A DNA stretch of 64,000 nt from positions 60 to 64,059 of the forward strand of contig DATJWM010000135.1 in assembly GCA_035501255.1 (NCBI GenBank). Reading direction: 5' to 3'. The notes beneath the pieces are model-generated. The model did not search any database. It was not told the DNA's origin and worked only from the letters and a program-made list of their open reading frames with translations. The DNA comes from Mycobacteriales bacterium. GTDB taxonomy: Bacteria; Actinomycetota; Actinomycetes; JAFAQI01. Every line of letters begins with the position of its first letter. The first letter of the stretch is position 1. The translations under genes and the position numbers were made by a program. Positions 40,633 to 49,311 of the stretch are shown in pieces.

Positions 40633-41796
40633 GTGCTTGCGATCCTCGCTCCGGGCCAGGGAGCCCAGAAGCAGGGGTTTCTTTCCGGCTGGTTAACTCG
40701 CGATGGCGTTCGTGAGCGCCTCGAAAGCTGGCGGGACAGCGCCGGAATCGACCTGGTCGCCGCCGGTACTGAAATGTCGGACACTGACATTACCGACACC
40801 GCGATCGCCCAGCCGCTCATTGTCGCCGCGAGCCTCGCGACCGCCGAGCTCCTGCCCGCACTCCCGACCGACACGATCTTCGCCGGACACAGCGTCGGTG
40901 AGTTCGCTGCTGCCGCGCTCGCCGGTTCGCTGAGCGCCGACGCCGCGCTCCGCCTGGTCGCGGCGCGGGGTGCGGCCATGGCGAGCGCATCCGCGGCAGC
41001 GCCGAGCGGGATGGTCGCGATCCTCGGCGGCGAGCCGGAGGCGGTCGTGTCGGCAATCACCGCAGCCGGCGCCTGGCTCGCCAACTTCAACGCTCGGGGA
41101 CAACTGGTCGCGGCGGGTACCAACGAGGCGATCGCGAGGCTCACCGACGCGGCGCCGGCAGGCGCTCGGCTGCGCCCGCTGGCCGTTGCCGGCGCCTTCC
41201 ACACCGAGCTGATGGCCCCCGCTCAGGAGGAGATCGCCGCAGCTGCGACACTCGTGGCGCCGGCGCCTTGCGCCGGCGGCATGTTGTCCAACTCCGACGG
41301 CACCCTCGTTCACGACGGCCCCGAGATCCTGCGCCGGCTCGTGTCCCAGGTCACGCGCCCGGTCCGGTGGGACCTGTGCATGCAGACCATGGCGGCAATG
41401 GGAGTGACCGCCGCGATCGAGCTCGCCCCGGCAGGCACGCTCACCGCGCTGCTGCGCCGCGATCTCCCTGACGTGGCCACCGTCGCCCTTCGCGACCCCG
41501 ACGACCTGGAGGCGGCGTACGCCCTGATCAGCGAGCACACTGCCGAACTGACCTGTCTACCCATGCCCTGGCAGCTCGTGGTCGCACCCGCGAAGGGAAT
41601 CGCGAGCCTCACCGACCCTGCAGGGTCGGTCGAGCTCGCGGCCGGTGACGTCGTACTGCAAGTCAGCACCCGGACCGAGTGCATCGACGTCCGCACCGAC
41701 AGCGCCGGACACCTGGTCGAATGGCTGGTCGCCGACGGCGACCCGGTCAACGAGGGACAGCCGCTGGCGCGGATTGCCGCGGATGGTCACGCATGA
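40633..41796 (+). CDS. fabD: Malonyl CoA-ACP transacylase with an about 80-aa C-terminal biotinyl/lipoyl-like extension
   Basis: MLAILAPGQGAQ opening, GHSVGE active-site motif and AFHT. The canonical FabD ends near residue 305. Residues 315-383 follow a biotinyl-domain pattern but lack the lysine. Confidence 0.88.
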   Translation: MLAILAPGQGAQKQGFLSGWLTRDGVRERLESWRDSAGIDLVAAGTEMSDTDITDTAIAQPLIVAASLATAELLPALPTDTIFAGHSVGEFAAAALAGSLSADAALRLVAARGAAMASASAAAPSGMVAILGGEPEAVVSAITAAGAWLANFNARGQLVAAGTNEAIARLTDAAPAGARLRPLAVAGAFHTELMAPAQEEIAAAATLVAPAPCAGGMLSNSDGTLVHDGPEILRRLVSQVTRPVRWDLCMQTMAAMGVTAAIELAPAGTLTALLRRDLPDVATVALRDPDDLEAAYALISEHTAELTCLPMPWQLVVAPAKGIASLTDPAGSVELAAGDVVLQVSTRTECIDVRTDSAGHLVEWLVADGDPVNEGQPLARIAADGHA

Positions 41797-42758
41797 CGCC
41801 GCTGTTGAATGCTCCCACCGGTCTCCGGCATAGCCGGATCATCGGTCTCGGCGAGGAACGACCGGTGCAGGCCGTGACCAACGACGAGCTGTCAACCACG
41901 CTCGACACCTCCGACGAGTGGATCCGCCAACGGACCGGGATCGCGTCGCGTCGAGTCGCGGGGCCGGAGGAGACCGTCGTCTCGATGGCCTCCGAGGCAG
42001 CCCTCAAGGCCGTCGCCGACGCCGGAATCGACCCCGAGCAGGTGGGCCTGGTCATCGTCGCCACCTGCTCGATGCCACAGCCGATTCCCGGGGCCGCCCC
42101 GCAGGTGGCCACGGCGCTCGGCGCCTCACGAGCGGGGGCGTTCGACCTCAACGCCGCATGTGCAGGCTTCTGTTACGCGCTGTCTGTCGGCTCGGACGCC
42201 GTCCGGCTCGGCACCACCGACTACGTCGTGGTGATCGGAGCGGAGAAGATCACCAACTGGGTCGACTGGACCGACCGTTCCTCGGCGATCCTCTTCGGCG
42301 ACGGCGCCGGGGCGGTGGTGATCGGCCCGTCCGACACACCCGGGATCAGCCCCGTCGTCTCCGGCAGCGATGGCACCGCGCATCACCTGATCGACATGAG
42401 CGAGGACAACCGCCTCCGCCTCGACGGACCGGCAGTGTTCCGATGGGCGACCACCACGCTCGGTGACGTCGCGCTCGACGTGTGCCGCACAGCCGGCATC
42501 GACCCGGTGGACCTGTCGGCCGTCGTCCTCCACCAGGCGAACTTGCGGATTATCAACGCGATCGCCCGTCGGATCGGCGCCGACAACGCCGTGGTGGCGA
42601 CCGACGTCGTCGATGCCGGGAACACCTCGGCAGCCTCGGTTCCGCTCGCCCTGGCCCGACTTCGTCGCGAAGGTGCGATCACCACGGGGGACCTCGCCTT
42701 GACCCTGTCCTTCGGGTCCGGCCTCACCTGGGCCGGCTCCGTCGTCACGATGCCGTGA
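41793..42758 (+). CDS. fabH: Beta-ketoacyl-ACP synthase III
   Basis: TSDEWIRQRTGI, active-site context NAACAGF, HQANLRI, and GNTSAAS. The ATGA overlaps the fabD stop. Confidence 0.9.
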   Translation: MTPLLNAPTGLRHSRIIGLGEERPVQAVTNDELSTTLDTSDEWIRQRTGIASRRVAGPEETVVSMASEAALKAVADAGIDPEQVGLVIVATCSMPQPIPGAAPQVATALGASRAGAFDLNAACAGFCYALSVGSDAVRLGTTDYVVVIGAEKITNWVDWTDRSSAILFGDGAGAVVIGPSDTPGISPVVSGSDGTAHHLIDMSEDNRLRLDGPAVFRWATTTLGDVALDVCRTAGIDPVDLSAVVLHQANLRIINAIARRIGADNAVVATDVVDAGNTSAASVPLALARLRREGAITTGDLALTLSFGSGLTWAGSVVTMP

Positions 42759-42830
42759 CCGCACGATCCGCACGAGCAGTACGACCGGCACCACCCGCCC
42801 GACAGATATCAACCCCACAGGAGAGTTCAG

Positions 42831-43079
42831 ATGGCTGAGCAAGACATCCTCACCACCCTCGGCGAGATCGTCGAAGAGGCAACCGGCATCCCGGCGAGCA
42901 AGGTCGTCCCGGCCGCCTCGTTCGTGAACGACCTCGACATCGACTCGCTGTCGATGGTCGAGATCGCGACCATGGCGGAGGACAAGTTCAACGTGTCGAT
43001 CCCGGACTCCGAGCTCGCGAAGCTCAAGACCGTTGCCGACGTCGTGGAGTTCCTCGAGAAGGCCGGCGTTCCAGCATGA
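42831..43079 (+). CDS. acpP: Acyl carrier protein
   Basis: DLDIDSLSMVE phosphopantetheine attachment motif. 82 aa, acidic. Confidence 0.92.
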   Translation: MAEQDILTTLGEIVEEATGIPASKVVPAASFVNDLDIDSLSMVEIATMAEDKFNVSIPDSELAKLKTVADVVEFLEKAGVPA

Positions 43080-44308
43080 GTCCGCGCGAGGTCGTCATCA
43101 CCGGCCTCGGCGCGACCACTCCGCTCGGTGGAGACATGCCCTCCACCTGGCGGGGACTTCTCGCCGGTCAGTCCGGCGCGGTAGTTCTCGACCACGAGTG
43201 GGCCGCCGACCTCCCGGTGCGGATCGCCGCACCTGCGGCGACCGACCCGTCGACGCTGCTGCCCGCCGCGAGGCTGCGCAGCCTCGACCGCAGCCAGCAG
43301 CTTGCGATCGTCGCCGCCCGGGAGGCGTGGGCGGACGCGGGCGAGCCGGACGTTGATCCGGTCCGGCTCGGCGCAGCCGTGTCCAGCGGGATCGGTGGCC
43401 TGACCACCGTCATCGAGCAGTACGACGTACTTCGGGAGCGTGGCGCCCGCCGGATGTCCCCGTTCACCGTCCCGATGATCATGCCCAACGGCCCGGCCGC
43501 CGTCGTGGCACTCGAGCTCGGCGCCCGGGCGGGCGCACACTCACCGGTGTCCGCGTGCGCGTCCGGATCCGAAGCGATCGCCTACGGCCTGGACATGATC
43601 CGGCTCGGGCGCGCCGACGTCGTGGTGTGCGGCGGCTCGGAGGCGGTCGTTCATCAGTTGACGCTCGCAGCGTTCGCGGCGATGCGCGCGCTGTCGACCC
43701 GCCACGACGCACCTGAGGCCGCCTCCCGGCCGTTCGACAAGGGCCGGGACGGCTTCGTGCTCGCCGAGGGCGCGTCGATCCTCGTTCTCGAAGCGCGCGA
43801 GCACGCCGAGGCGCGGGGCGCGTCGATCTACGCCGTCCTCGCCGGAGCGGGCATGGCCAGCGACGCCCACCACATCGCCGCTCCGGATCCGGACGGCGAT
43901 GGCGCGGGCAGGGCGATGACGACGGCGCTGCGTGACGCCGGCGTCGGGACAGCCGACGTCGCCCACATCAACGCCCACGCGACGTCCACCCCGGCCGGAG
44001 ACGTCGCCGAGGCGATCGCCATCAAGCGAGCGTTCGGCGCGGATGCCGATGCGATCGCGGTCACGGCGACCAAGTCCTGCACCGGCCACCTCCTCGGTGC
44101 CGCCGGTGCCTTGGAGACGGCCATCACCGCGATGTCGCTGCGCGAGCACGTCGTCCCCGCGATCCGCAATCTCGACGACCCCGACGACGAGGTCGGCCTC
44201 GACCTGGTCGCGGTCACCCCGCGTCCTCTTGCTACGGGCAAAGCGGCGCTGTCCAACTCGTTCGGCTTCGGCGGACACGACGTCGCCCTGGTCCTGACGG
44301 AGGCCTGA
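43076..44308 (+). CDS. fabF: Beta-ketoacyl-ACP synthase II (KAS II)
   Basis: Active-site Cys context VSACASG, HATSTPAGD, and KSCTGHLLGAAG. ATGA coupling. Confidence 0.92.
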   Translation: MSPREVVITGLGATTPLGGDMPSTWRGLLAGQSGAVVLDHEWAADLPVRIAAPAATDPSTLLPAARLRSLDRSQQLAIVAAREAWADAGEPDVDPVRLGAAVSSGIGGLTTVIEQYDVLRERGARRMSPFTVPMIMPNGPAAVVALELGARAGAHSPVSACASGSEAIAYGLDMIRLGRADVVVCGGSEAVVHQLTLAAFAAMRALSTRHDAPEAASRPFDKGRDGFVLAEGASILVLEAREHAEARGASIYAVLAGAGMASDAHHIAAPDPDGDGAGRAMTTALRDAGVGTADVAHINAHATSTPAGDVAEAIAIKRAFGADADAIAVTATKSCTGHLLGAAGALETAITAMSLREHVVPAIRNLDDPDDEVGLDLVAVTPRPLATGKAALSNSFGFGGHDVALVLTEA

Positions 44309-45744
44309 TGTCCCTTCTCGATGTTGGTCCCAACCTCGCCGGTCGCGACGACGCCCCCCGGATCAACGACTCCGGCGAGGTGGATCGCGACCCGCAGATC
44401 CGGCTGGCTCAGCTGTTCGGTACGGCGAGCTTTTCGGTTCTCAGCGGCGAGCCGGGCACGGGCGTGGTCACCGCGATCGGCACCCTGCACGGCCAGCCGG
44501 CCGTGGCCTTCGCCTCCGACCCCTCGATCCAGGGCGGGGCCATGGGAGTCGACGGGTGCGCCGCGATCGCCGACGCCTACGCGGTCGCGCTCCAGCGCAA
44601 GGCCCCGATCGTCGGGATCTGGCAGTCCGGCGGCGCCCGCCTGGCCGAGGGCGTGGCCTCGCTGCACGGGGTCGGGCGGATCTTCACCGCGATGACCAAG
44701 GCGTCTGGACGGATCCCCCAGCTGTCCGTCGTTCTCGGCCCCGCCGCCGGTGGCGCGGCCTACGGCCCGGCGCTCACCGACATCGTGATTCTCGGCCCGC
44801 ACGGCCGGGTGTTCGTCACCGGACCGGACGTCGTGCGCAGCGTGACCGGCGAGGATGTCGACATGGCTCGCCTGGGCGGGCCCGAACCGCACGGCCGGCG
44901 CAGCGGAGTCGTTCACGTGATCTCCGACAGCGACGCCGCCGCGCTGTCCGCCGCGGTCGACATCATCGGCCTGCTGACCGACAAGCGCGCGATCACCCCG
45001 GCCGAGGACCGGCCGTTGCGCGACCTTCTTCCCGAGTCGGCCCGTCGGGCCTACGACGTGCACCCCCTGGTCAACAACGTGCTGGATGAGCCCGGCATCG
45101 AGTTGCACGCCAACTGGGCGCCGAACATCGTCACCACCCTCGGCCGGATCGGTGGCGGCAGCGTCGGCGTCCTCGCCAACAACCCGATGCGCCTGGGCGG
45201 TTGCCTCGACTCCGCCAGCGCGGAGAAGGCGGCGCGTTTCGTGCGGATGTGCGATGCGTTCGGCGTCCCGCTCATCGTGTTGGTCGACGTCCCGGGTTAC
45301 CTTCCCGGCGTGGCCCAGGAGTGGGATGGGGTCGTCCGCCGCGGCGCGAAGCTCCTCCATGCCTTCGCGGAGGCCACCGTGCCGCGCGTGACCGTCGTCA
45401 CCCGCAAGGCCTACGGCGGAGCCTATATCGCGATGAACTCCCGGTCGTTGGACGCGACGAAGGTCTACGCCTGGCCGGGTGCGGAGGTCGCGGTCATGGG
45501 CGCGGTCGCCGCGGTGCGAGTCCTCAAGCGCAGGCAGATCGCCGCCGTGCCCGAGGACGAGCGGCCTGCCCTCGAAGCGAGCCTTGCCGCCGAGCACGAG
45601 GTCGAGTCCGGCGGCGTCCAGCGAGCCGTTGACCTCGACCTGGTCGACGAAATCATCGCCCCCGACCGAACCCGCAGCACGGTGAGCGCGGCACTGTCGG
45701 CCGCCCCCGCGGGGGTCGGCGAGCACGGCAACATCCCGCTGTGA
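44308..45744 (+). CDS. accD6: Acyl-CoA carboxylase carboxyltransferase beta subunit, AccD6-like
   Basis: Carboxyl-transferase motifs GGAMG, SGGARL, GPAAGGAAY, KAARFVRMCDAFGVPLIVLVDVPGYLPG and AYGGAY. Its position after KAS matches the mycobacterial fabD-acpM-kasA-kasB-accD6 order. Confidence 0.85.
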   Translation: MSLLDVGPNLAGRDDAPRINDSGEVDRDPQIRLAQLFGTASFSVLSGEPGTGVVTAIGTLHGQPAVAFASDPSIQGGAMGVDGCAAIADAYAVALQRKAPIVGIWQSGGARLAEGVASLHGVGRIFTAMTKASGRIPQLSVVLGPAAGGAAYGPALTDIVILGPHGRVFVTGPDVVRSVTGEDVDMARLGGPEPHGRRSGVVHVISDSDAAALSAAVDIIGLLTDKRAITPAEDRPLRDLLPESARRAYDVHPLVNNVLDEPGIELHANWAPNIVTTLGRIGGGSVGVLANNPMRLGGCLDSASAEKAARFVRMCDAFGVPLIVLVDVPGYLPGVAQEWDGVVRRGAKLLHAFAEATVPRVTVVTRKAYGGAYIAMNSRSLDATKVYAWPGAEVAVMGAVAAVRVLKRRQIAAVPEDERPALEASLAAEHEVESGGVQRAVDLDLVDEIIAPDRTRSTVSAALSAAPAGVGEHGNIPL

Positions 45745-46454
45745 CCGCGCCGTCACGGTCGGTCCTCGTCACCGGCGGGAATGCGGGAATCGGCCTCGGG
45801 ATCGCCCGTCACCTCGCCGGTCAGGGTCACCGGGTGGCCGTGACCCATCGTTCGAGTGGCGCCCCGGACGGGCTTTTCGCGGTCAAATGCGACGTCGCCG
45901 ACCCGGACTCGGTGCGCGACGCAGCCGCCGTGGCGGCCGCCGAGAACGGTCCGATCGAGATTCTGGTCGCGAACGCGGGGATCACCCGCGACGGGCTGAT
46001 GATGCGAATGCCCGACCACGACTGGGATGATGTGATCGACACCAATCTGCGAGGCGCCTGGGCAGCCGCCCGGGCGGTGATCCCCGCGATGGCCAAGGCA
46101 CGCTTCGGCCGGCTGCTGTTCGTGTCGAGCGTCGTTGCCATGGCGGGCCAGGCCGGGCAGGCGAACTATGCGGCGTCGAAGGCGGGCCTGATCGGTTTGA
46201 CCCGCTCGATCGCGCGGGAGTACGCCCCCCGGTCGATCACCGCCAACGTGCTCGCGCCGGGCTTGGTGACCACCCGCATGGCCGATGCGCTAAGCGACGC
46301 CCAGCGGGACGCGATCATCGCCCTGACCCCCCTCGGCCGGCCGGCGACGGTCGAGGAAGTGGCGTCGGTCGCGGCGTTCCTCGTCAGCGACGAGGCGTCG
46401 TACGTGACCGGGGCGGTCGTGCCCGTCGACGGCGGATTGGGAATGGGCCACTGA
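45741..46454 (+). CDS. fabG: 3-oxoacyl-ACP reductase (MabA/FabG1-like)
   Basis: VTGGNAGIG, NAGI and YAASKAG motifs. GTGA coupling. Confidence 0.88.
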   Translation: MTAPSRSVLVTGGNAGIGLGIARHLAGQGHRVAVTHRSSGAPDGLFAVKCDVADPDSVRDAAAVAAAENGPIEILVANAGITRDGLMMRMPDHDWDDVIDTNLRGAWAAARAVIPAMAKARFGRLLFVSSVVAMAGQAGQANYAASKAGLIGLTRSIAREYAPRSITANVLAPGLVTTRMADALSDAQRDAIIALTPLGRPATVEEVASVAAFLVSDEASYVTGAVVPVDGGLGMGH

Positions 46455-47221
46455 TGGGTCTGCTCGAGGCAAAGACGGTCCTCGTGACCGGAGTGCTCAC
46501 CGACGCATCGATCGGGTTCCGGGTGGCCGAGGTCGCGCAGCGCGAGGGCGCGAAGGTCATCCTCACCGGTGTGGGCCGCAGCTTGTCGCTGACCACGAGG
46601 ATCGCCAAGCGCCTTCCCGAGAGCGCGCCGGTCGTGCCGCTCGACGTGACCAGCGAGGAGGAGCTCGACGGTCTCGTCGAGGCACTGGCCCCGCACACCG
46701 ACCGGCTCGACGGCATTCTGCACGCGATCGGCTTCGCGCCGGCGAGTGCGTTGGGCGGCGGGTTCCTCGAGACCTCGTGGCCGGACGTCGCGACCGCGAT
46801 GCAGATCTCGACGTACTCCCTGGTGTCGCTGGTCCGCGCGAGCGCACCGATCCTCGGGTCGGGCGCCTCGGTCGTCGGGCTGGACTTCGACGCGACGAAG
46901 GCGTGGCCGGCCTACGACTGGATGGGGGTGGCAAAGGCCGGGCTCGAGTCCGCCGCCCGCTACCTGGCCCGCGAGCTCGGCCCCCGGGGGATCCGGGTGA
47001 ACCTCGTCGCGGCAGGTCCGCTTCGGACGATGGCAGCAAAGTCGATCCCCGGCTTCGACGGCTTCGAGCAGGTCTGGAAGGAGCGCGCCCCGCTGGGCTG
47101 GGACGTGCAGGACACCGGACCGGCCGCCAAGGCTTGCGTCGCCCTCCTCTCGGACTGGTTCCCCGCGACCACCGGGTCAGTTGTGCATGTCGACGGCGGC
47201 GTGCACGCGGTCGGCGCCTGA
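46454..47221 (+). CDS. inhA: NADH-dependent enoyl-ACP reductase
   Basis: VTGVLTDASIGF, HAIGFAP, and Y...K context WMGVAKAGLES typical of FabI/InhA. The mabA-inhA order matches mycobacteria. Confidence 0.9.
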   Translation: MGLLEAKTVLVTGVLTDASIGFRVAEVAQREGAKVILTGVGRSLSLTTRIAKRLPESAPVVPLDVTSEEELDGLVEALAPHTDRLDGILHAIGFAPASALGGGFLETSWPDVATAMQISTYSLVSLVRASAPILGSGASVVGLDFDATKAWPAYDWMGVAKAGLESAARYLARELGPRGIRVNLVAAGPLRTMAAKSIPGFDGFEQVWKERAPLGWDVQDTGPAAKACVALLSDWFPATTGSVVHVDGGVHAVGA

Positions 47222-48421
47222 GCCCGGTCGCGCATCGCCGGTCGTCGCAGCCCAGTGCCGGGCCTCGGCACCCACGGGGATCGTGACGATCGCCAGCACT
47301 GGGAACGCGCTCACCACGGCGAACCCCACGCCGAAACCGGATCCGGCGATCAGCGCCGCAAGCAACGGCGGAGTCAGCACCGCCGTGATGTTCTGAGCGG
47401 TGTTCTGCGCGCCCAGCGCGCGCCCCGCCCACTCGGATCCGGCAAGCTCGGCCACCGCAGTGAATCCGAGGCCGTTGTCCGCAACCGTGACCACCGTCGC
47501 GACGCCGATCGCCGCCACCGCCAGCACCGACCCGGCCGCTGCGCCGAGCCCGACCGCCAGCATGGCGAGCGCAGCCGCCACGGCGATGGTGCGCATCGGG
47601 CGCAGCCGGCTCGCGACGCGGTCGGACCACACGCCGACAACGAGCCGTCCGAGCGCGCCCGCTACCTGAACGGCGAACAGTAGACGCCCCGCCGCAGCGG
47701 GAGTCCAGTCCCGCTGGGTGACGAGGAACTCCAACGCGAACGCCGAGATCGCGAGTTGAGGCACGACGAGCAGCGCGCCGGATCCATGGACGCGCCACAG
47801 CGCCGACGAGGCATACGGCGAGCAGGGTCGGTGGCCGGGCACCCGTGCGGCTCGCGGTGGGTCGACCACGAAAGCCATGATCAGCCCGCTCACCACGAGA
47901 CAGGCCAGCGCCGACACCACCAGTGCACCACGAACCCCCCACCCGGCCGCCACCGGCGGGAAGACGAGCGCGGCGAGCGCAACGCCGAGGGGCTGGGCAG
48001 TCTGGCGAACGCCCATGGCCATTCCGCGCTCGTCAGCGGCGAACCATCCCAGCACGACCCGGCCGCTGGCCGCATTGACCGAACCGCCTCCGGCTCCGGC
48101 CAGCACGAGCAGCGCAAACTGCGGGCCGAACCCGTCGACGAGCGCGGCGCCGAGCAGGAACACGCCGCCGAGTCCGAGGCCGAGGGCCATCACGACGCGC
48201 TCGCCTCGGCGGTCGGCGACCGCGCCCCAGAGGATCAGCGTCGCCAGCAGGCCAATGGACGGCGCGGCCACCAGCGTGCCGGCCGAGGCGAGGGACAGCC
48301 CGCCGGTCTGGCGAATTTGCGGAAGCAGCATCGGCAGGCCGTAAAGGTATGCGCTGGTGGCCGTCTGCGCGGCCAGGCCGATCCCGAGGATGAGCCAGCG
48401 GTGAGGGCGGGCGGCAGGCAC
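47177..48421 (-). CDS. MFS transporter
   Basis: About 12 hydrophobic segments and the GAVADRRGER loop motif between TM2 and TM3. GTG start at 48421. Confidence 0.8.
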   Translation of the reverse strand: MPAARPHRWLILGIGLAAQTATSAYLYGLPMLLPQIRQTGGLSLASAGTLVAAPSIGLLATLILWGAVADRRGERVVMALGLGLGGVFLLGAALVDGFGPQFALLVLAGAGGGSVNAASGRVVLGWFAADERGMAMGVRQTAQPLGVALAALVFPPVAAGWGVRGALVVSALACLVVSGLIMAFVVDPPRAARVPGHRPCSPYASSALWRVHGSGALLVVPQLAISAFALEFLVTQRDWTPAAAGRLLFAVQVAGALGRLVVGVWSDRVASRLRPMRTIAVAAALAMLAVGLGAAAGSVLAVAAIGVATVVTVADNGLGFTAVAELAGSEWAGRALGAQNTAQNITAVLTPPLLAALIAGSGFGVGFAVVSAFPVLAIVTIPVGAEARHWAATTGDARPGSGADRVHAAVDMHN

Positions 48422-48463
48422 CCCGCCAGCCTAGTAGTGAGTTTCGATCACTGAGAAATTTAT

Positions 48464-48531
48464 CTCGGATAATGAGACGACTCGGATAATGAGACGACTC
48501 GGGTAATGAGACGACTCGGATTAGGAGACGC
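48464..48531. repeat. Four head-to-tail copies of a 17-bp unit (CTCGGATAATGAGACGA) in the ideR-MFS spacer
   Basis: Copies lie at 48464-80 and 48481-97 (identical), 48498-514 (1 mismatch) and 48515-31 (3 mismatches). The period is not a multiple of 3, and the block is AT-rich against the GC-rich background. Confidence 0.9.
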
Positions 48532-48565
48532 ACAGACCGAGCGGGTGACGCCGCCGGACGCAGAA

Positions 48566-49258
48566 TCAGGGGTCGGCGGTGACGAACACGTGAGCAGCGG
48601 TAGCGTTTTCGAGCTCGACGGCCCGGCTGCCGGCCCCGATTCGGACGTGACCGTCACGCCAGCCGATCTCCACCGGTCGGTTCGGCCGGAATCCGGCCCG
48701 CCGCAACCGGGTCAGAAGTGCGGTGTCGGACTGGATTGGCTCACCGATCCGGCGCACCACGACCGATGACGTCGAGGTCGGGACGTCGGTCAGCGCCACC
48801 AGGCCGACGAGATAGTCATCCGGCTCGGAGTCGCCCAGCTCGTCGAGGCCGGGGATGGGGTTTCCGTACGGAGACTCGGTGGGGTGACCGAGGATCTCCA
48901 GCAATCGACGCTCGACCGTCTCGCTGATCACGTGTTCCCAGCGGCACGCCTCGTCATGGACCAGCTGCCATTCGAGCCCGATGACATCGACGAGCAGGCA
49001 TTCCGCCAACCGGTGCTTGCGCATGACCCGGGTCGCGGTCGACCGGCCCAGCGCGGTGAGCTCGATCGTGCGCTCACCGGTGACCGTCAGCAGGCCGTCT
49101 CGCTCCATCCGACCAACCGTCTGTGACACCGTCGGAACCGTTTGATCGAGGCGTTCGGCAATCCTCGCCCGCAACGGCGGGATGCCCTCCTCCTCGAGCT
49201 CGAGCACCGTCCGCAGGTACATCTCGGATGTGTCGATGAGGTCGTTGATCTGGTTCAC
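48566..49258 (-). CDS. ideR: DtxR/IdeR-family metal-dependent regulator with a C-terminal SH3-like domain
   Basis: VNQINDLIDTSEMYLRTVLELEEEGIPPLRARIAERLDQTVPTVSQTVGRMERDGLL...HRLAECLLVDVIGL...EACRWEHV is near-collinear with M. tuberculosis IdeR as I recall it. GTG at 49258. Confidence 0.85.
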   Translation of the reverse strand: MNQINDLIDTSEMYLRTVLELEEEGIPPLRARIAERLDQTVPTVSQTVGRMERDGLLTVTGERTIELTALGRSTATRVMRKHRLAECLLVDVIGLEWQLVHDEACRWEHVISETVERRLLEILGHPTESPYGNPIPGLDELGDSEPDDYLVGLVALTDVPTSTSSVVVRRIGEPIQSDTALLTRLRRAGFRPNRPVEIGWRDGHVRIGAGSRAVELENATAAHVFVTADP

Positions 49259-49311
49259 GGCGCCATTGTGCCCCTCTTCGGCGTCATCGCCGGTCGTGTA
49301 CGGTCGAGACG

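Noticed and set aside
43828-45756. 642-aa minus-strand ORF. Similar long ORFs: 46563..47942 (-), 22611..24020 (-), 8094..9395 (+), 11140..12678 (+), 35559..37328 (+), 57395..58570 (-), 54365..55432 (-)
   Set aside because: All overlap genes with strong family motifs on the other strand or in another frame. They are Arg/Gly/Pro/Asp-dominated with no motifs. Open antisense frames are expected at this GC content.
48464-48531. Possibility that the 17-bp repeats are a CRISPR array
   Set aside because: The repeats are directly abutting with no spacers, the unit is too short, there are only four copies, and there are no cas genes in the window.
48422-49311. IdeR iron boxes flanking ideR, in the ideR-MFS spacer and the ideR-gpgS divergent promoter
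   Set aside because: Only an isolated TTAGG fragment at about 48520 resembles the 19-bp consensus TTAGGTTAGGCTAACCTAA. No full or near-full box was seen.
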